Shown piece by piece: positions 58,441 through 64,000 of a DNA stretch of 64,000 nucleotides (within the stretch, counting starts at the first letter, position 1; every line of letters begins with the position of its first letter). The DNA comes from an uncultured Acetatifactor sp. (lineage in GTDB: Bacteria > Bacillota > Clostridia > Lachnospirales > Lachnospiraceae), in assembly GCA_947625675.1 (NCBI GenBank), contig CANQPH010000009.1, positions 3,896-67,895 on the forward strand, in the 5' to 3' direction. The position numbers were made by a program, and so were the translations under genes. The notes beneath the pieces were generated by a model that was not told the DNA's origin, ran no database searches, and worked only from the letters and a program-made list of their open reading frames with translations.

Positions 58441-58862
58441 TTTACTTCCTCCCTTTTGAATGAGCAAAACAGTTCTCTTGTATCATGGGGATTTGCTCAT
58501 GCCCTCAAAGTTAATCGTGTAACAATATAATTATACCAGAAAACGGATGAAATGTCTTGTTTTTCACTAAAAATTATGCTTTTTGTGGTTCTTAATGATT
58601 ATTGTCCGACAACATGGAGACTATTTAATAGAAATAGTGTTGTTTTGTTGATATTTATTCTTGTTATGTGAATGGGATATACATCATAATATAGTTAAAG
58701 AATTGCAAATCGGATATCCGTAGAATTATTGAAATATTTTGAAAGGTGGTGGATGAATTGAAAATCGGTTAAACGAAATCGTGTATTGGTTGTGAGTTGT
58801 CGGTAAAAACTAATTTGCGCATGGTTACTGCTTGCGCCCCCAAAGAAAAAGGAAGGATGAAA

Positions 58863-60587
58863 ATGATGAAGAGGTTAAAGAAATGGACGGCGTTGTATCT
58901 TGTTATGTGTATGCTTTTGGTGCTTTGTGCTGGATGCGGTTCGGATGCTGATGAAAATGACGGCTCACTGAATGGCAGTGTGGGGCAGGAGAATGTGAAT
59001 GGAAGTACAGGGTCCGACACTGCGAAACCTGATTCTGCTGACGGCCCGTTGGTTCCCTATGAGGATACCCTTACGGTAACATTGGTAAAAAGTGATCCGG
59101 AGGCCGTTACCTATTTGGAGGGAGAAGGACCGGAACATAATTTCATAACTGATTTTTACAAAGATAAGCTTAATATTGAATATAAAATTCTTTGGAATTC
59201 AACGGATTATACAACAAAGTTAAATCTGGATATTGCCAGCAATGAACTCCCGGATATGTTCATGGTGGATGCGTCACAGTTGAATACATTAATTGAAAAC
59301 GGACAAATTGAGGATTTGACAGGTTACTTTGATGATTATACGTCTGATATTCTGAAAAAACAATTAGAGTATGACGATGGACTTTTGCTGCAAGGTTGTA
59401 CGGTGGATGGTTCTATCTATGGAATTCCTCGTCCGTTGGGTCTGTTGGATTGTACTACTTTTATGTGGATACGTACTGATTGGATGGAACAGCTTGGTTT
59501 AAGCGTTCCTACCACATGGCAGGAATTTTGGGATTATGTCAAGGCGCTGAAGGAAAGCGGATTATGTGCTTTTGGCAGCTCCGGATTGAATTTCTCCAGC
59601 GAACAGGGAGGATATGATGTCGGAATAAACAATGATGCCTTTAATGCGATTGCTCAGATGTTTGGTGCATATCTCGGCTTTTTTGTTGAGGATGAGGCTA
59701 CAGGAGAGTTGGTTTATTCGCCCGTTACGGAAAACATGAGAAATGCCCTTTTGGCAATGCAGGACATGTATAAGGCTGGACTCATTGACGCCGACTGGAC
59801 TTCTAAAGGACAGACTCAAGCGGAGTTAATCGCTTCGGGGGCTTATGGTATCACTTTTGGAAACTGGGCAATGCCATATTATTTGGTAGGAAGCATGTCA
59901 AATGATTCAAATTCCAAATGGGAATGCTATCCGTTACCTTCTTACGACAGTACTGAGAAAAGTCATCCGAAAGCGGCCGTGCCCTGCGGAGGATATTTCG
60001 TGGTCAGAAAGGGGTTCGAGCATCCGGAAAGTCTGTTTAAAACGGTAAATCTGTGGTTGGAATTGAACTGTGCTGGCGGACAGTATGTGGACTGGTGGGT
60101 AGATAAGATCAGCGGTGATTACAGTACGCAAAGCTTGGTTGGAAACTATTATCCATTTACGATGGAAGGTATCACAACTGCTTCAGATATTGCGAAAGGT
60201 CTTAACGCTGCTTACGCTTCGGATAATCCGGATGAAGAAATACAGAAATATCCCATTGCCACGTTTACTTATGGAAATATAAAAGATTGGGATGGGGAAT
60301 CGCCCACTATGGGATTTATCAATTATATGGCATATGTGCGCTGCGCCGGTGAGGTTTATCCCGCTTATGAGGAAAGAGGTCTTCAATATAATCTTTTCCA
60401 GGGGATTCTTTCAGAAGAGGCCCAATTTAATAATAGTATTCTTGGCACTACTTTGACGGAAACCTTTGTTAATATCATTATGGATGTGGAACCTATTGAA
60501 ACCTTCGATTCTTTTGTGGAACAGTGGTACGAACAGGGAGGGGAAGAGATCACGAAAGAAGTGAACGAATGGTATTCCAGTCATTGA
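58863..60587 (+). CDS. Carbohydrate ABC transporter solute-binding lipoprotein (family 1, LplA-like)
   Basis: Lipobox LCAG-C, LNLDIASNELPDMF, DGSIYGIP, FDSFVEQWYEQGGEEI. Confidence 0.88.
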   Translation: MMKRLKKWTALYLVMCMLLVLCAGCGSDADENDGSLNGSVGQENVNGSTGSDTAKPDSADGPLVPYEDTLTVTLVKSDPEAVTYLEGEGPEHNFITDFYKDKLNIEYKILWNSTDYTTKLNLDIASNELPDMFMVDASQLNTLIENGQIEDLTGYFDDYTSDILKKQLEYDDGLLLQGCTVDGSIYGIPRPLGLLDCTTFMWIRTDWMEQLGLSVPTTWQEFWDYVKALKESGLCAFGSSGLNFSSEQGGYDVGINNDAFNAIAQMFGAYLGFFVEDEATGELVYSPVTENMRNALLAMQDMYKAGLIDADWTSKGQTQAELIASGAYGITFGNWAMPYYLVGSMSNDSNSKWECYPLPSYDSTEKSHPKAAVPCGGYFVVRKGFEHPESLFKTVNLWLELNCAGGQYVDWWVDKISGDYSTQSLVGNYYPFTMEGITTASDIAKGLNAAYASDNPDEEIQKYPIATFTYGNIKDWDGESPTMGFINYMAYVRCAGEVYPAYEERGLQYNLFQGILSEEAQFNNSILGTTLTETFVNIIMDVEPIETFDSFVEQWYEQGGEEITKEVNEWYSSH

Positions 60588-60636
60588 ACGGCTGTAGAAA
60601 CCTGCCGGAAAATGATCAAGTTTAATAGCTGATTAA

Positions 60637-60683
60637 TTGGAAGAAGCGGACGGTTGTTCGTAATGTCTGTCCGCTTCTTCTAA
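60637..60683 (+). terminator. Stem-loop between the SBP and permease genes
   Basis: TTGGAAGAAGCGGACGG / CTGTCCGCTTCTTCTAA. Confidence 0.65.
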
Positions 60684-60721
60684 ATTTGTTAATCATCAAT
60701 ATTTAACGGGAGGATGGGATT

Positions 60722-61624
60722 ATGTCGGTATTATCTAAGATGAAAAAAGGGAAACAGCTTTATTTGATTATTCTTCCTGCCTGTGCAGCAACATTTGTGT
60801 TCAACTATATTCCGTTGTATGGAGTGGTATTGGCGTTTCAAAAGTATAATCCGACGAAAAACATGTTTCAGCAGGACTGGGTGGGGCTGCGGTATTTTAA
60901 ACAGCTGTTTGGAAGCGATGATTTTGTGCGGATAATATCCAATACTTTGACGATTGCATCTATAAAGATTGTTTCGTTATTGATTACCGCTCTTTTGTTG
61001 GCGCTTTTGATTACGGAAATAAGAAGCAGGAAAGTGAAAACGGCAGTACAATCATTGCTGATATTTCCCCATTTCTTATCATGGGTTGTTTTGGGGAGCG
61101 TGGTACGTTCGCTTCTGGATCAAAATGGTTTTGTGAACCAATTTCTGATGTTTTTGGGGATGCGGGAACCGATATTTTTCATGCAGGATGGTTTTTGGTT
61201 TCGTGTTGTGTTGGTCGTTTCTGAATTGTGGAAGGAAGCCGGATTCTCCGGGATGATATATATGGCGGCGATAAGCGGCGTGGATTCCACATTATATGAG
61301 GCGGCCAAGATTGATGGTGCGAACCGTCTCCAGTTGGTTTGGCATATTACTCTTAAGTGTATTATGCCATTTGTGGTTTTAAATGTCATACTGAATATGC
61401 CAAATGTGTTAAATGCCGGTTTTGATCAAGTATTTATTCTTTATAATTACGTGGTCTTGCATTCGGCGGATATTATTGACACTTATGTGTATCGCGTAGG
61501 TCTTGCAGGCGGACAGTATGCTTACGGTACAGCAGTTGGACTCTTTAAATCGGTAGTATCCAGTATTTTAATCGGCAGTTCCTATTTTATTGCGGATAAG
61601 AAACTTGGGTTTAAGGTGTTTTAA
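60722..61624 (+). CDS. Carbohydrate ABC permease (LplB/YteP-like)
   Basis: YIPLYG, WVGLRYF, PHFLSWV, EAA loop LYEAAKIDGANRLQ. Confidence 0.92.
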   Translation: MSVLSKMKKGKQLYLIILPACAATFVFNYIPLYGVVLAFQKYNPTKNMFQQDWVGLRYFKQLFGSDDFVRIISNTLTIASIKIVSLLITALLLALLITEIRSRKVKTAVQSLLIFPHFLSWVVLGSVVRSLLDQNGFVNQFLMFLGMREPIFFMQDGFWFRVVLVVSELWKEAGFSGMIYMAAISGVDSTLYEAAKIDGANRLQLVWHITLKCIMPFVVLNVILNMPNVLNAGFDQVFILYNYVVLHSADIIDTYVYRVGLAGGQYAYGTAVGLFKSVVSSILIGSSYFIADKKLGFKVF

Positions 61625-61635
61625 GGAGGAGATGC

Positions 61636-62511
61636 ATGAAAAGGAATAAATCTATTTCTTATTGGGTCTTTCAAATTGTAAATACTTCTTTTTTGGTCTT
61701 GTTGGCAATAACCTGTGTCCTCCCTTTTTTGCACATAGTGGCTGTCTCTTTTAGTGATTCCGCATCAACGAGTGCCGGAACCGTGGGTTTATTGCCGATT
61801 GGGTTTCAATGGAATGCTTATGAAAGAATTATAGACGAAAGAGACGTTTTTGTTTCTTTGTTTGTAACGGTTATCAGGATGTTTTTCGGAACTATATGGC
61901 TTATGGTTATCACCATTTCAGCGGCTTATCCGCTTTCTTTAAGCAGGCAGGAATTTTATGGTAGACGAATATTTGTGGGCTTCTTTTTCGTTTCCATGTT
62001 GTTTAGCGGAGGAATTATTCCATATTATATTTTGATCAAAGATTTGGGCTTAATGAATTCTATCTGGGCGTTGATTGTAGGAGGAACCCCTGTTTTTAAT
62101 GCGATAATTTTGATGAACTTTTTTCGAAGCATACCGCATGGTTTATACGAGGCTGCTGCGATTGATGGCGCAAGCCATTGGAAGATACTTACAAGGATTT
62201 ATTTGCCCTTATCAAAGCCATCTTTGGCAACACTTAGTTTGTTTTGCGTGGTAGCCCACTGGAATGACTGGTTTTCCGGCCTGGTATATATGAAGGATAA
62301 AACAAAGTATCCCCTTCAGACCTATATTTATAGTTTTACGCAATATTCGGCAACTTATTTTAAAAGTGAAATGTACCATGAAACCGCACCCAGGATGGCG
62401 ATTATTTCTGCGTTAAATGTGTGTGCCTTTATTCCGGTTATTGTAATTTTCCCGTTGCTTTTAAAATATGTTGCAAGACGAGGTATCATGATAGGTTCTG
62501 TAAAGGAATAA
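61636..62511 (+). CDS. Carbohydrate ABC permease (LplC-like)
   Basis: AYPLS, FSGGIIP, LYEAAAIDGAS, PLSKP, HWNDWF, PLQTY. Confidence 0.92.
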   Translation: MKRNKSISYWVFQIVNTSFLVLLAITCVLPFLHIVAVSFSDSASTSAGTVGLLPIGFQWNAYERIIDERDVFVSLFVTVIRMFFGTIWLMVITISAAYPLSLSRQEFYGRRIFVGFFFVSMLFSGGIIPYYILIKDLGLMNSIWALIVGGTPVFNAIILMNFFRSIPHGLYEAAAIDGASHWKILTRIYLPLSKPSLATLSLFCVVAHWNDWFSGLVYMKDKTKYPLQTYIYSFTQYSATYFKSEMYHETAPRMAIISALNVCAFIPVIVIFPLLLKYVARRGIMIGSVKE

Positions 62512-62540
62512 TATTAATTTGTTAGAAAGGAAAATTGCAT

Positions 62541-64000
62541 ATGATAGTTAATTTGAAAAAGGGATGGAGCGTTATTCAGGATGTTTTTGAATTGGGGGAA
62601 ATCCATGGGATTTATAAAAGAAATTTTGATCCCACATTGTTTGGCTTAGGCATTGAACCCTGGCATCCGATTGAACGGCTGGAGCATTTGCAGTTGACAT
62701 TGGCGGCAAATCCATATTATGGTTTTGGCCTTAGACAATTTAATACGTCGCCTTGGTGGTATCGAAACCAATTTGACGTGCAGGGGGGAGATGGATACGC
62801 TACCCTTACCTTTAAGGGAGTTGATTATTATGCGGATGTATGGCTCAATGAAACTTATATTGGCAGCCATGAAGGATATCAAAATCCTTTTACTTTTGAT
62901 GTGAGTGGCATTTTGAAAGAGAAGGATAACCTTTTGGTCGTAAAGGTGAGTGCGCCCTGGGAGACCGATGTCATGGCGGGGCAAGAGCATGATCGGGGTC
63001 TTTTTGTGCTGCGTAATCAGGTGAAAGGGACTTATGAACATAACGATACATTTATTCCGCGAGACGTAAATCCGATTGGAATCTGGAATGACGTAGAGGT
63101 GGAGGTGCATAGTGGTATCCGTATGATGGAGACACCGTGGATCCCGTATGAACTGGAGAATGATTATAAAAAAGCGATTATACGGCCGACCTATCAACTT
63201 TTCTGTCACTATGACAAAGAGGTGGAATATTCAATCACCGTAAGGTTGGAGGGAGATGTTCGGCAGGTCGCCAGAGTAAATGGTAAGATGTGTCTAAAAG
63301 AAGGGGAAAATGAATTAAGAGCGGAATTGGAGATTATGAATCCGCAGTTATGGACGGTTTGGGAACGAGGATATCCTTACCGCTACTCTTTTGAATTGCA
63401 GTTGGTATCAAACGGAACTGTTTTGTTGGAAGATACTCATAGTGTTGGAATTAGAAAGATTGAATTAGTTCGAAATGAGAAAGAAATGTACTTTGTACTC
63501 AATGGGGAGAAACTTTACTTGCGAGGAGCGACTTATTTCCCGGATGTTTATGTTTCTGCAAACTTTACCGACCTTTATCGGCGGGATATCAGTAATGCGA
63601 AGTTGTGCGGCCTCAATTCCTGGAGGATTCACGTTCATACGGAAAAAGAAGAGCTGTATGATTTGTGTGATAGGGAAGGAATCTTACTGATACAGGATTC
63701 TGATTTTAACTGGATACATCCTATTGAGGAAGAGTGGTCTGAAAAGGCGGTAGAGATATTTGCAGAAACAATAAAGCGTTTGAGGAATCATCCGTCCTTA
63801 TTCTGTTGGGTACTGTTGAATGAGCCAAGATTGGATATTTATTTGACAGAGCGGCCTGGGCCTCAGATGATTGGGACGCTGAACATACTGGATCCGGGGA
63901 GGGCGTTTATTCTCAGCTCCTGGTCTGAGAATGAGCCCATGAGCGGAGATAGTCATAATTACACTGGATCGTTGATTGGAGTCCATACGCATTATACAGA
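62541..64000 (+). CDS. Glycoside hydrolase family 2 (beta-mannosidase-like), 3'-truncated by the window edge
   Basis: Translated by hand with no stop to the end: WWYR, FKGVDYYADVWLN, HEGYQNPF, LNGEKLYLRG, RIHVH, LYDLCDREGI, RLRNHPSLFCW..LNEP. Absent from the ORF track because it has no stop in the window. Confidence 0.88.
   Translation, partial: MIVNLKKGWSVIQDVFELGEIHGIYKRNFDPTLFGLGIEPWHPIERLEHLQLTLAANPYYGFGLRQFNTSPWWYRNQFDVQGGDGYATLTFKGVDYYADVWLNETYIGSHEGYQNPFTFDVSGILKEKDNLLVVKVSAPWETDVMAGQEHDRGLFVLRNQVKGTYEHNDTFIPRDVNPIGIWNDVEVEVHSGIRMMETPWIPYELENDYKKAIIRPTYQLFCHYDKEVEYSITVRLEGDVRQVARVNGKMCLKEGENELRAELEIMNPQLWTVWERGYPYRYSFELQLVSNGTVLLEDTHSVGIRKIELVRNEKEMYFVLNGEKLYLRGATYFPDVYVSANFTDLYRRDISNAKLCGLNSWRIHVHTEKEELYDLCDREGILLIQDSDFNWIHPIEEEWSEKAVEIFAETIKRLRNHPSLFCWVLLNEPRLDIYLTERPGPQMIGTLNILDPGRAFILSSWSENEPMSGDSHNYTGSLIGVHTHYT

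Noticed and set aside
62779-62790. Apparent frameshift in the GH2 gene at a G-run
   Set aside because: Recounting shows six G's and the frame stays open (Q-G-G-D-G-Y-A-T-L-T-F-K-G-V-D-Y).

Overview
Core-genome segment of a spore-forming, fairly GC-rich Clostridia bacterium. A Lachnospiraceae-like origin is inferred from gene content and order, not from a search. From left to right: a truncated unknown ORF, a cell-wall amidase, tRNA-Val(GAC), a frameshifted GT-C-type membrane glycosyltransferase, a Na/Pi cotransporter, CorC/HlyC, the SCIFF ranthipeptide pair (scfA/scfB), secDF, recJ, a cyclophilin lipoprotein, murE-priA-def-fmt-Zn peptidase-rsmB-rlmN-stp-pknB-rsgA-ychF-lgt, the dcw cluster (mraZ to ftsZ), spoIIGA-sigE, an inverted sigG, ylmC-nrdR-yqeG-aroE-aroK/aroQ fusion-efp, tRNA-Arg(CCG), an SH3 protein and gdhA. 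From about 55.7 kb to the window end lies a visibly AT-richer sugar-utilisation locus: ketose 3-epimerase, pseudo-receiver AraC regulator, ABC transporter and GH2. No CRISPR array, integrase or transposase was seen. The most unusual signals are: (1) a dispersed family of multi-hairpin intergenic elements ending in the RBS and ATG of unrelated genes, with substitutions confined to loops and linkers; (2) the rare-sugar epimerase plus GH2 locus; (3) recurrent tandem duplications inside housekeeping genes; (4) the sigG inversion, the AroK-AroQ fusion, a SecDF lacking the conserved SecF Asp, and a structured gdhA leader. All calls come from reading motifs by eye; no database search was run.
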